From positions 2,170,001-2,234,000 of the forward strand of contig CM074817.1 of NCBI GenBank assembly GCA_037447605.1: a DNA stretch of 64,000 nucleotides. Reading direction: 5' to 3'. Shown here piece by piece: positions 14,131 to 25,756 of the stretch. The position numbers were made by a program, and so were the translations under genes. Source of the stretch: Zygnema circumcarinatum SAG 698-1b. Taxonomy: Eukaryota > Plantae > Zygnematophyceae. Position 1 is the first letter of the stretch, and each line of letters begins with the position of its first letter. Under the pieces are notes generated by a model. That model did not search any database and was not told where the DNA came from. It saw nothing but the letters and a program-made list of their open reading frames with translations.

Positions 14131-14469
14131 AAAAAAAAAAAAAACAAGAGGAGAAATGTTTATGCTCCGAATATGTTTATCATTTTAGCGAGGTAGCGGT
14201 GTGAAGTCTCTGAGCCACTTTTGGTTTAAAATTGGTTGTAATTTGAAGCGGAGGATGAGGGAATTAGAGCGGAGAGTGAGGGGAAATAAAGATGGCGATT
14301 TTTTCGCGCACGCTTTGGGCTCTATGGGGCGAACTTTCCGTTTGGTTTTTCTTTGCATGCATGCATGTATGTATGTATGTGTGCATGCATGCATGGGATG
14401 TCGCAATGACCCATCCCATCCTCAGATAGGAAGGGGGAATGAATGGCTTTGCATGAAAAAATATCACCT

Positions 14470-14672
14470 TAACCGTAAACCCCAAACCCCGGATCGTTCA
14501 ACTTAAACCTCACACCCTCGGCCCCTGATCTTACACCCTGAACCCTAAACTTTAAAGCCTAAACTTTCAACCTTAAATCCAACACCCGAAACCCTAAATG
14601 CTAAACCTGAAACCCGTAACCCTGAACTCTAATCCAAAACCCCTAAACCCTAAGCCTGAAACCTTAAACTAA
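14470..14672. repeat. Degenerate AAACCCT (plant telomere/telo-box-like) heptamer array
   Basis: Runs such as aaacccc, gaaccct, aaaccct, aaacctg, aaaccct downstream of CAD. Confidence 0.65.
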
Positions 14673-15099
14673 ACTGTGAGTGCGATGTTCTTCCAACGGT
14701 GCGAACGTTTCGATGCGATTATCGACGAGGGCTGCCATGCAATGCCATGCAATGCGATGCAATGCCTCCCTGGGCTCATCCCGATGTTTTATCAACCGGA
14801 TTTGCTTATGTTATGTTACATCTGGGCATGTTGGACTTTGCGTGAGTTTTCGACACACGATCAGGAACAGGGTCAATTGCCCTGGGCTTTAGGGTTCAGG
14901 GGTTTAGGGTATCAGGGCGGAACCCAGAGAGCCACGTGGCGACGCGCGATTGGGCAACGCTCGTCTTGTGGACCTCTTCGCCGCGTGAAAACCACATCGG
15001 CACAACGCGGCCCTGACTGAGCCTGAACCCCGGCCCGTTGAGTCTTGCGTGGAGTGCCTAGGTCAACGGACGAGTGGACATGTAGTCATAGGTCTATTC

Positions 15100-15353
15100 C
15101 ATGAATGGAACAAGCGGACATGGTACTGTTCATGTCTAGAACATGAATGCCCAAGCGGACACTGTACTGTTCATGCCTAGAACATGAATGGCTAAGCGGA
15201 CATTGGCACATTTTCATGCCGGGTACGAGGACGGGCACATGCATTGTAGCATTCAAGCCCAAGCCATGAATTGGGCGAGCGAACATGGTACCATTCATGC
15301 CCCAATTAATGCCAAGCGGACATTGTATCATCCGTGCCCCTAGACCATGAATG
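15100..15353. repeat. Degenerate ~42-bp tandem repeat with an internal CATGAA...TTCATG inverted pair
   Basis: Units begin catgaatg at 15100, 15142 and 15183, with decayed copies near 15267 and 15347; shared core aagcggacat...ttcatg. Confidence 0.75.
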
Positions 15354-17255
15354 AAGGCAGTCGGGCAGGTACGCCCCAACAAGTACTGCCGCCGAGCGTC
15401 GCTGTCTGTGCCTAAACGACAAACACGGCCACGTGGTCGTGTGACAACGGCAGTGACGGTCCACGTGAGACAAAACAGACATCCACCGACATTTTGTCTT
15501 ATCTTTTGTACAGCCGAATTTTCCACTGCCCCGATTCCTTTCAAAATTTCAAATTTTCACTCACCGCCGACTAAGCGCGCCAAATCACTTCCTGAAGTTG
15601 GCACTCTTTTGGACAAAAAGTCTCCACGTGGCATATAACGATTGGCCGTTGCAATCCAGTCGCCCTTCACCGAATCCCGACAAAGAAATTGTCTCCAGTC
15701 AATGGGGGTATCATACAACAAAACCGCTTGTATGTTTGAGTCTGAACGAGTACTCCGTGACATCAAGATCCCCATACAGAGAAGTACTCAACTTTCATAT
15801 TCCGTCAAATTTTGTCAAGTCTGATGCCCCCCAATAAATGGTTTTTGTCTTCACTCTCAATCCTTTCCAGTCTCTAAAAACGACAACATCTCCGTACCGT
15901 TGTCGTTTCAGTGTCGGATTTCGCGTCCATCAAACCTCAGCCGTCCGTTTGAAGCAACGCCGCAAGTGCGACGCCACCCGTGGGCGGTCGGTCCGTACTG
16001 ATGTCGGTGCAATAATCATCCACCACGTGTCGATTCCCACGGATCCTGCCGCCCAGTCCGCGTCCGTACGGACACGTGAGACCGCCAGCCGGCCGCCGGG
16101 TAGGTCCAGCGACGTAATCCAATACGACCGCTAATCGTTGCACGCCACGTGGTTATATTAGCCACGTGGATGGCTCTGGTTGGATAGAAGTTGCCAGCTC
16201 GGCCTGAAAGGCCTTCGCACCATCGCCGTACGGAGCGGGTGCGCTCTCTCCCTCTCTCTCTTGAGAGAGCGATAGGGGGGGCAGAGGTAGATTTGAAGAG
16301 AGAGAGAGAGAGATGAGAGTGTCGTGAGAGGTTTAAAACGAAAGGAGCTTGTAAAGGGGGATAGAGTGAGGGAGTGATAGAAAGAGAGCGAGGAGAGCCA
16401 GAGGGAGAGGGAGAGGGAGACGAGCGGGGAAGGGAGCGAGAGTAGCCGAGGGAATGGGCAAGGGAAAAGTAGAGGGAGAGGAGGGGGAGAGGGAGAGGGG
16501 GCGGGAGAGAATCGAGGGATCGATCCTCCACTTCGGCCCGACGGCCGGTCCCCTAGGTCGGCGACGCCCGCCGGTTGGTAGGTCGGTGGCGCTGTCGAGC
16601 AACTTGCGGGGATTCATTTCATTTGTCCCTTTCCGGGCGGAACTGGTCCGAGACGATCCAATTTTCGATCGAATTTGGCAGCGATTGCACAGAAAGGCTA
16701 GCGAATGGTCCAAGCAACCGGTGGCCTGTTCCTCGTGGTTCCTCACGTTGTTGTTTGGCCGTTTGCATGTGATGGCATCATCGCCATCACGAGGCCCATG
16801 CCATCTCACCCCCCACTTGCACAAGCAAGGTTTTGCACAAACGACGAAGGGACCCACGCTTCGTTTCCGTCGCCAACAATCATATCATATCATACATGTG
16901 ATTTTTCCCCCTCGTCGGGGCCGGGGAGCAGCCAAGGAAGCCGGTCTGAACTTTCGCGCCGGCGGCGGCATGAAGCTTGAATTGCAAGCGTGACCCTCCG
17001 ACACGCGCATGTGGTCGGTGGCACTTGTGACGGACGGTCCCGATCATACATCGGGGAGATCAAGGATCGGATTGCTATCTGTGGGCGGATCGGACGGACG
17101 AAATTTTGAGACCCGTCAGATGGTTCTAACAGTGCGCGGGAATGAAAGCACTTTTGGGCCTTTCTCTCGACTTCAGTTCCCGAGGATCTGAAGGCCACGA
17201 AAGAGCCAAGGAATGGCACAAAAGCACCAAGGCAACATGGCGCAACAAACATGGT

Positions 17256-17386
17256 ACAAAACGAGAACATTCTACAACATGAGAACATTGTACAACATGA
17301 GAACATTGCACAACATGAGAACATTGTACAACATGACAACATTGTACAACACGAGAACATTGTACAACATGACAACATTGTACAAC
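17256..17386. repeat. 18-bp minisatellite, 7 copies plus a partial copy
   Basis: Consensus ACAACATGAGAACATTGT; units start at 17256, 17274, 17292, 17310, 17328, 17346 and 17364. Confidence 0.92.
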
Positions 17387-17894
17387 GACGAGAAGTGGTA
17401 AATCGTAAGTAGAGTTTACATTATGGGCGCCGCTAAACGCCATCCCGCACATGAGCAGGAATCACAAGTACAACGTAAAATAAATCAAAGCAATGCGAAG
17501 CAAAGAAAACATTGACGAAGTGCGAGCCTCCGCCGCCGGCGCCTTGCAGCAGCTTGCTTGCTTGCTTGCCGCTTGCTCTAAAGCGCGCCTCTGGGCGGCG
17601 ACCTCCACGACTTCGTCCATGTTTTCCGCCTTCTGGATGACGAGCCAGACTGGCCCATCTCGACCCTCCCTCCCCCTATAGCACTCGGCGCAGCACGAGA
17701 GCGCTTTATTATGTACATTATAGATGAAAAAATTGGTTAACTGAGAGTGGAGCTTATTCCTTCCTCACACCCCTTCCCGCCCGCCCGCAGTAAGTCCTCC
17801 TCCACTCTCCCCTCCAAGCTATGTCTACTTCAAAATAAATAAACCAATGTGCGTTCCTTCTTCCCACAAACAATGAATCAAATCGAAACTTCAA

Positions 17895-19082
17895 TCAATC
17901 GTCGTCATCGTCGGGCTCGCTCGAGCGGGCCTTCTTCCCATGGTACTCCTCCCAGAAGGCCCAAAGCTCCTCCCTCGTCCTCCGCTTCTTCCCCTTCCTC
18001 CTCCTGCTCCTCCCCCCGCTCTTTCCCTCCCCCCCCCCTCCCTTCTTCTCCACAGCCGCCATAGCCTCTCCGCGCGCCGCCGACACCGCGGGAGACGCAG
18101 GCCGGCTTGCCACCGCTGCCGCTTGAGGCACTGTCGCTGACGTCAGCCCTAATGGCGCCGTTACTGATGAAGGTCCTACTGGCACTGTCGCTGATGTCAG
18201 CCCTAATGGTGCCGTTGGTGGTGTAAGCCCTAATGGCGCCGTTGCTGGTGTCAGCCCTAATGGCGCCATTGCTGATGTCAGCCCTATTTCGGGCACCTCC
18301 ACAGCTCCGCTGCCGGCCGCTATTCCTCCTGCCACGGCTCTCTCTGCGAGAGCAACCTCTGCCATCTGCCCTAATGTAAGCCCTCGTCCGCTTTGCTCCG
18401 GGAGGGCAGCCATGGCTGACAGGGCTTCCTCTTCCCACTGCCCAGTCATCTGCAGACACGTGGCAGCCCACATTGAGAAAGGGGACTCCTCCTGCTGCTG
18501 CTGCTGCTGCTGCTGTGGTGGCGGCAGGTTCATGGAAACTTCCAGGAAAGTGGGAGCTCCAAGGCCGCTGCTGAGCGCGGGAAGGGAGGGTAGGGCGGTC
18601 TCCTCCATTGCTAGACCCCCACTGAGGGAGCGCCGCCATGGATTCAGCATGACCTCTCCCGAATCAGACACAATATACTTGGGAGCTCTCGGTCTTCGGG
18701 AGCTCGAGGCCTCTCGAAGCTCAGCATCCATGGCTGCCGTGCCGGAGGAGCTGCTGGTCTCGCGGAGGCCCGGTAGCGTGTCGAGAAACCGCTCCACAGG
18801 CTCTCCTCCACCATGGCTGTGCGAGTCGGGCAGGGCGGGGGAGAAGGAGAAGGCGGAGGAGGAGGAGGCGGGCGGCCAGGGGGGGAACGCGGCCGCCATG
18901 GCGGGGCTGAGCGGGTGGTCGCTGATGAGGGGCTGTACGGCGGCGTAGAGCGGGGCCGCGGCGGGGGGACGCGTGGCGGCTCCTCCAAGGCCCACGGCGC
19001 GCTCGAGGACGTCGCGGTGAGCTTCGAGGAGGCCTGCGTTGCAGCGCTTCAGCCGCGGCCGCCTGGGCGGGCGGTCCGCCAT
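17895..19082 (-). CDS. Intronless uncharacterised protein (~395 aa) with poly-Q, 9-aa repeats and a basic C-terminus
   Basis: Strong-context ATG (gccATGG) at 19082 inside the 428-aa ORF; non-random protein text; PLGLTSA-type repeats; RSRRRKGKKRR basic patch; T-rich 3' flank. No family recognised. Confidence 0.6.
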   Translation of the reverse strand: MADRPPRRPRLKRCNAGLLEAHRDVLERAVGLGGAATRPPAAAPLYAAVQPLISDHPLSPAMAAAFPPWPPASSSSAFSFSPALPDSHSHGGGEPVERFLDTLPGLRETSSSSGTAAMDAELREASSSRRPRAPKYIVSDSGEVMLNPWRRSLSGGLAMEETALPSLPALSSGLGAPTFLEVSMNLPPPQQQQQQQQEESPFSMWAATCLQMTGQWEEEALSAMAALPEQSGRGLTLGQMAEVALAERAVAGGIAAGSGAVEVPEIGLTSAMAPLGLTPATAPLGLTPPTAPLGLTSATVPVGPSSVTAPLGLTSATVPQAAAVASRPASPAVSAARGEAMAAVEKKGGGGEGKSGGRSRRRKGKKRRTREELWAFWEEYHGKKARSSEPDDDDD

Positions 19083-20584
19083 GGCGGGCAGCAGGCGGGG
19101 GAGGCCCTGCAGACGCAGCAGCTTCGCTATGGCAACCGCGCGGCGCGGGCTGCTGGGCGGGCCCCGGGACCAGCACGTCATCGGGCCCCCTCCCCCTCCC
19201 TTCCTTCCTTCCTCCCCCTTCCTCCCTCTCCCTCTCCCTCTCCCCCTCCCGCTCCCTCTCCCTATCCTCCCTCCCTCCCTCCCCCTCCCCCGCCCCCACG
19301 CCCCCTTGTCTATACCTGGGCTCGGCCCTGCCCGGCCCTATGGGGCCGAGGGAGCCATGGGGGGGGGGGAGGCTCCAAATGATCGCGGCGCGATCCGCGG
19401 CGGCGGCGGCCCGGGGGGGGAATACGACAAAAAAAGGGACGTGGCGCGACGCGGGGGGCGGCAGGAGGGGCGCGCCGACAGGGCCGCGAGGGCTGGTGGG
19501 GCGACACGTGGCCCGCAGGAGGCAGGCCGTACGGCCGACAAGGGGGGCGCGTGGCGGCAGGGGAGAGCATCGTACGGCGCCAGCTGGCTGTGCAGTTAAT
19601 GCGGGTGGCTGCAACCCGACAAGGACGGCAGTTAGGGGCCTCCAGGGCGGCTCCAATACGGCCAGGGAAGACCAGTGGAAGGGAGCCACGTGGCAGTCAG
19701 CGGTTACAGGGAGGCGCGCTATTGGCCAATGCGTGCCGAAGGTTGGTCGGTGGAGACGTACGGACTGCCACGTGGTGGAAGAAACGAAAAGGGGCGGAAA
19801 GATCGAGGCTAAGAATACGTGCCACGACAAGGATTTGTATGAAGCCGTACGGACAGCGTTGAAGGAAGCCCTTTGACCGGCTAAATTTTTCGCGAGCGGT
19901 CAAACGGGCCGCGGTTTTTCGCGCCAGCCAAATCTGGTTTTGTCGTTTTCTGACTTTCGGGCAGCAGAGCCCCCTCGCCATGTGCAGCCGCCGCCCGTTG
20001 TTCGTACGATAACGGAACAACGGCAAGGACCGTGAGGCGCGGTAAAACCAATCAGAATGTACCACGTGGACAATCAGTTTTACAGATTCCGTTTTCTTGC
20101 AGCTGATTGGCTCGCGGAATTAAGGGCAATCCAACGGATTCCTTTTCGTACATTTTCGTACAGCTCACGCGAGCATGGACCCTAGAGGCGTCCAAATCCG
20201 TACAAAGACCGGAGCATCGATTCGGCGTACGAAAACTCACGTGTGGTGCATACTTGTACGGATTTCAAAATATGTACGGTTCTGTACCACACCGTACGGT
20301 CATGCCATGTGATGTGTCACGAGCACATGTTCTAGGAAGGTTCGCCAGAGAGGCGCCAATGAGAGGGCGCCACGTGGCAGGCGCCCTCTCTGAGAGCGCC
20401 ACGTGGTGGAAAAGTGCCACGTGGTAGGAAGGACGAAGGGCCCGACCATGGCCGCCGCCGCGCTGAGGTCCGCGCCTCTCCCCCTCCCGCCAGCCTCCGT
20501 ACGAATCGCAGTTTCTAGGAAGCTTCGAGGCAGTCGCCACGCGGCCGTCTGCATGTGCGCCACTCGCCTCCTGCATGGAATGGA

Positions 20585-20985
20585 ATTAGGGTTCAGATTA
20601 GGGTTGAAGATTAGGGTTGAAGATTAGGGCATTCGGGTTAAGGTTAAGATTAAGATCAAGGTTAGGGTTAGAGTTAGGGTTACGATAAGACTAGGTTAGG
20701 ATTTAGATTAGGGCTAGGGTGAGGATTAGGGTTAAAGATTAGGGCATTAGGGTTAAGGTTAGAGTTAAGATTAGGGTTAGGGTTAGGGTTATGATAACAC
20801 TAAGGTTAGGATTAAGATTAGGGTTAGGGTGAGGATTAGGGTTAAATATTAGGGCATTAGGGTTAAGGTTAAAGTTAAGATCAGGGTTAGGGTTAGGGCT
20901 AAGATAAGACTAAGGTTAGGATGAGGATTAGGGTTAGGGTTCATTTAAGGGTTAGGGTTAAGATTCATATTAAGGTTAGGATTAA
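20585..20985. repeat. Interstitial TTAGGG-type hexamer array with ~110-115-bp higher-order repeats
   Basis: Dense ttaggg/ttaagg/ttagga hexamers; the marker agggcatt recurs at 20626, 20741 and 20851. Confidence 0.85.
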
Positions 20986-23019
20986 GGTCCAGTTTACAGC
21001 TGAAAGTAGGGTTCGATTAGGATGAATGAGTGAATGAGAGTCAGGGTTTCGGTCACCGTTTAAAGCTGCAGGTTTCTTGTAGCACGGCGTGTCAATCTTT
21101 CACGGATCTCGAAAAAATGCAAATCGAAACCATTACAATTATTCCCGCCAAGTGGTAGAAGAACTAAAATGAAAGTTCTGCTTTCGGAACAAATTTCAAA
21201 GCGAAATGTTAAAGTTTGACACGCCTTAGGATTGGACGGACGACAAACATCCTCTAATTCTGGGCGTCATAGTTTCCTGAGGCATTGCATGGGTTGAGGA
21301 ATGGCGGAGGGATGATGAGGTGGTAGGAGGTGAAGTGGGTGGGTGGGGGACCGGGAAGGATGGGATGCAGGAGAGGTTTCTGAGGTTGGAATCATTCAGA
21401 ATGGGGCTCTGATGAGTACTTGCGAGGCCGCTGCATGCATGTGAGAGCAGTGCATGCATTTGCAAGTGTGAATGGGAGGAAGGGAAGGCGGGGAGGACGA
21501 GCATCTCGCAGCAGATCCTGCTTACAAAACATATGAATGCAGTCAATAAGCACTGCTCGTGAAGCGGAGAATGGCAAACTGCTGGTTGTCAACTTAAGCT
21601 GCAGCAGTCATAACGTGATACATGCGATACATGCAGTTGGAAAGTCACTCGATAACCTGATTTGATGTCGAATTTTGAATTACTGCCATGGCTCTCGCCA
21701 TCGTCAGGGGGTTTCAAATTCAGATCCAGCTTCACGTTACGGAATCTGAATTTGCTTGCTACGGATTACTCCGGAGTAGAACTCTCCAGGGTCAGAATCC
21801 GTAGCAGGCAAACTCGGCTCCATAACGGGAGGCTAATTCAGCAACCCCCTCCCCTGTTGCTTGTAGTAAAAAAAAAAAAAGGAAAAGGAATTCATGAAAC
21901 GACGTAGGAAGGTGCTCTTGTTGGAAGTGTTGAGGGCTCAAATCTTGAAGCCCAGAAATGGGCCACAGACTGCACATGTTTTCTTACGGAGCTCTGAGTT
22001 TTGCAGTGCACTCAATGTTATATTGAGTGAGTGCAGGTGTTAGAGTTGCTTTACAAACAGACTTACAAACAGAGGTTTTGGAAAAAGGCATACGAGCTGT
22101 TTGAGCTGCAGAGTATCACCCGTCGATATATTAGAGAACAAAATATTCTTTCAGACAAGGAGGTGTTTGCATTGTGAGGGAGTAGAGAAGTAGAGGGAGG
22201 GAAAGGGAGAGAGATAGAGGTAGAGAGAGGGACGGAGAGAGAGGGAGAGAAAGTGGGGGGAAGGGGGAGAGGGGGGTGGGAAGAGAGAGTGTGAGTGAGA
22301 GAGAGTACTGGAAATATTTACGATGCTTTGTCAGTTGTCAGTAAAGAAAAGCAGTTTATGTTGTACGGAAATTTGAGACAGAACTGTGGATAGAACAGGC
22401 TTAATTGTGCAGCTCCTGGATGGCAGGAACGCTGAATCAGTCATTTGAAAAAGAAGCTAAGGTATATGCGAAGTATAAACCGGGCAATTCGGACCATGAA
22501 AGCGATTAAGTTTAAGCACAGTTGATCATGATCCAACGACGATCAGTTGCCTATTGAGCCTATTGAAGCATTATGTCTTCTGCCGTCGGTTTATAACAGC
22601 GCTGCCACCTTCATAGCACCCAACCAATCTCAAATTTAGCAATTGAACTCTCAAAAAACACTTTCTGAAATGTCCAGTACCCCCTTTATTGAAGCTGCTC
22701 ATAAGCAAGAGAGACTGCGAGAGAGATGGAGAGAGAGAGAGATGGGGAGGGAGAGGGAGAGGGAGAGGGAGAGGGAGGGAGAGAGGGAGAGGGGGAGAGG
22801 GCGAGAGTAGGAGAGGGTAAGAGGGAGAGAGGGAGAGAGGGAGAGGGAGAGAGAAGAGCAGCTGAAGGCCCCTCTCGGTGTTGAGCTTGTCTTTTGGAGG
22901 CTGCTCTTTCCAGATTGCGCTTCAGTCACGTCACGCGCTGCATGTGGCAAGGTTCACTGAAAAGACCTCATCAGCCGATTTTCCGCTCCTCTTCTGCACC
23001 GCCTTTAAGGGCAGCAGCC

Positions 23020-23254
23020 ATGGCGGCGCAGGGAAACCCTAAAGGTAGGTACTCACTCAGAGCTGCAGGGACCTCTTACAGCGGAGGGGGCTGCAAGGAA
23101 GGGAATCATCACCTTCGTCTGACTTTGGTGGTGGAAATTTGACAGAGGTGATGAAAGTTGCAACTTTCAAAGACAAGGAGGGCATGCAGGCAGTCGGAAT
23201 CGTGCAAGCAGAGCGAATATGGTACACACTTTCTCTCTCTCTTTCTGTTTCTCT

Positions 23255-23336
<82 letters not shown>

Positions 23337-25145
23337 ATCTTTGTCGCTCTCTCTCTTTCTCTCTCTCTTGCTCTCTCCCTTTTTCTCTGTTACTGGTTTT
23401 TTGAAGGTTCGTTGGCCTGCTTTGGAGCAGGCATCTGAAGGGAAGTCTGAAAGCGGCAGTTGAGGCAGTGGATTTCAGCGACATGGTTTCTGTGATCAAA
23501 GCTTGGCCCTGCATAAAGGATAGGCGAGCTTCCAGCATTTCCCAACACTTCTTCTATATATAGGCTTCATATTACAATCTTCAGCTACTTGCAGAATATA
23601 TATATATATTTTTTATATATGAATGAAAGTGAAATGTTTCTTTTTTTCTGAAAGTCAATATGGCCCTGTGATGCAGCATATCATTGGAGGGAGAGGGCCT
23701 CCCCCTGCAGGAGGTGCAGCTGCAGGCCCCTATCCCTCTGCCACGTGGCCCAATCATGTGCATTGGCAAGAACTATGAGGAGCATGTGAAGGAGGTGGAC
23801 ACCTGGAAGACAAGTCCTGGCATCTCGGCTCCAAGCATTCCCACGGTACTCACTCTCTCCCTCTCTCTCTCTCTCTCTCCCTCTCTCTCCCTCACTCTCC
23901 CTCTCCCTCTCTCTCTCGCTCTCTCTTTCACTCTCTTTCTCGCTCTCTCTCTTTCTCTCCCTATCTCACTCTCTTTATTATCCGCAACCTTTTCGTTTTA
24001 GGTCCCTTCCCCCTTCTCCGCCACTCTCGTTCTCCTTTCGCTCCCCCACAGACACTCTCTCTCTGCCTCCCTCTCTCCCCCTCTCTCCCTCTCCCTCCTT
24101 CCCCCGTCCCTCTCGCCCCACACACACGACCAGATTAAGCTTCAGAACGAACTCACAGATTTCCTTGAAATGAGGGAAACATATGTCAATTTTTAAAACC
24201 CTAAAACGGCTGTTGAGAATTTCAGGCCCCGATAGTATTTACAAAAGTGCCCCAGTCCGTGGTGGGTCCCGGAGCCGCCATCGTTTATCCAAAGGGACTT
24301 TCCAACGCGGTAGATTACGAAGCAGGTCTGTACGGAAAGGGGGGGCTGCGGACGGCGTTCTATGGCCTCGCAGTTTCAGTTGCAGACAACGAATGGTACT
24401 TTCTGTTCAGTTCAGTTCAGTTCAGATCAGTTCAGATCGGTTTAGCTCATTTGAGATTGACTTATTTGAGAGCAGTAAGAAGAAAATAAGTTTTTTTTTT
24501 GGATTTGCAGAGCTTGCGGTGGTGATTGGAGAGGGAGGGAGAGCCATTTCGGAGGAGAGGGCGATGGAGCACGTTTTTGGGTCAGTATTTTTGTTTCAAT
24601 TTAGGGAGAGGAAGGGGAAGAAGGGAGGGGAGAAAGGGGTTGCGATGAAGTGGGGGATGCTTGAAGGTTTCAAATAGAGATTAGATGTGGAAGGAAGAGA
24701 AAAGCTTCGATTTTAGGGTTGCTGAAGTTAAGATTAAACGTCATATCCGTTTTGAACTTAAGACTTTGGATAAAGTAATTTCAGTTCAAGGAGTGATGAA
24801 GAGGGAAGAAGCGAATGCGTGGGAGGGACAGGTATACAATATTGAATGACGTCACGGCACGAGATATGCAGAAAAAGCATCAGCAGGTGAGGTCACAAAC
24901 CCGAACAACTCGTGTTGAGATTCGTATGTTAAGGGGTTTCAAACTTGAAAAACCCGATATACATGTATCGATTTCTAACTCCAAACGCTTGAAACTTTCT
25001 GATTCTGAAATCCCCCTTTGTACGGATAGATGTACTGTAGTGAAGTCTGAATCTGAGCTTGGGAAAACCTACGACCCCATCCTTGAACGTGCCCAAAGTT
25101 GTAGGTCAGGTTCATTCGCTTATCGCTAGCCGCCGCTTGCACAGC

Positions 25146-25176
<31 letters not shown>

Positions 25177-25716
25177 AGAGAGAGAGAGAGAGAGAGAGGG
25201 GANNNNNNNNNNGGAGGGGGAAAGGGGGAAAGGGGGAAAGGGGGGGAGAGGGGGAGAGGGGGTGAGAGAGCCACTAGCTAGGTATCTAGCTATAGCTAAG
25301 ATTTCCAAATGAAACAGAAATAGGGCGAGTTCGCATTTCTGAGTCCTCTGCTCGAAGGGGGGGAAACTGGAAGCAGTGGTTCTTGGGAAAGAGCTGCGAC
25401 ACCTTCTGTCCGATGGGCCCTTGGATCGTCCCCGCTGGAGAGATCAACGGCCAAGATTTGGCCATCCAGTGCTGGGTCGACGATGAACTACGGCAGGTCC
25501 GTGTGGAGAGTGTTGGGAGTGTGGTGTGAGAGAGGGAGAGCTGTTTATTATCTTTTAAGCGCTTACTCTTTTTAACCTTTTACTCTACTTTGATTTGACT
25601 ATTTCATTGTAATTGTGTAGGCTCTACCAAAATGCATGTTGTCTCGTAGTTTGAATCCAATTGCATCTCATAATGTTCATTTTTCCGATCTTTAAAGGTG
25701 AAACTCCTATTGTTCA

Positions 25717-25756
<40 letters not shown>

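Noticed and set aside
14128-14143. Poly-A directly after the CAD stop as a sign of retroposition
   Set aside because: CAD retains 7 introns; this is a simple A-run.
14924-15015. hAT-like ends CAGGGCGG...CGGCCCTG
   Set aside because: Flanks (TAGGGTAT vs ACTGAGCC) show no target-site duplication.
18060-18948. Long plus-strand ORF (DVSPNGAV repeats) antisense to the orphan gene
   Set aside because: Best explained as the shadow frame of a GC-rich CDS; Kozak context, poly-Q and the 3' flank favour the minus strand.
21290-21430. C/D-box snoRNA (ATGATGA...CTGA) or hammerhead core (CTGATGAG)
   Set aside because: No terminal stem or recognisable rRNA guide; no GAAA and no stem II for a hammerhead.
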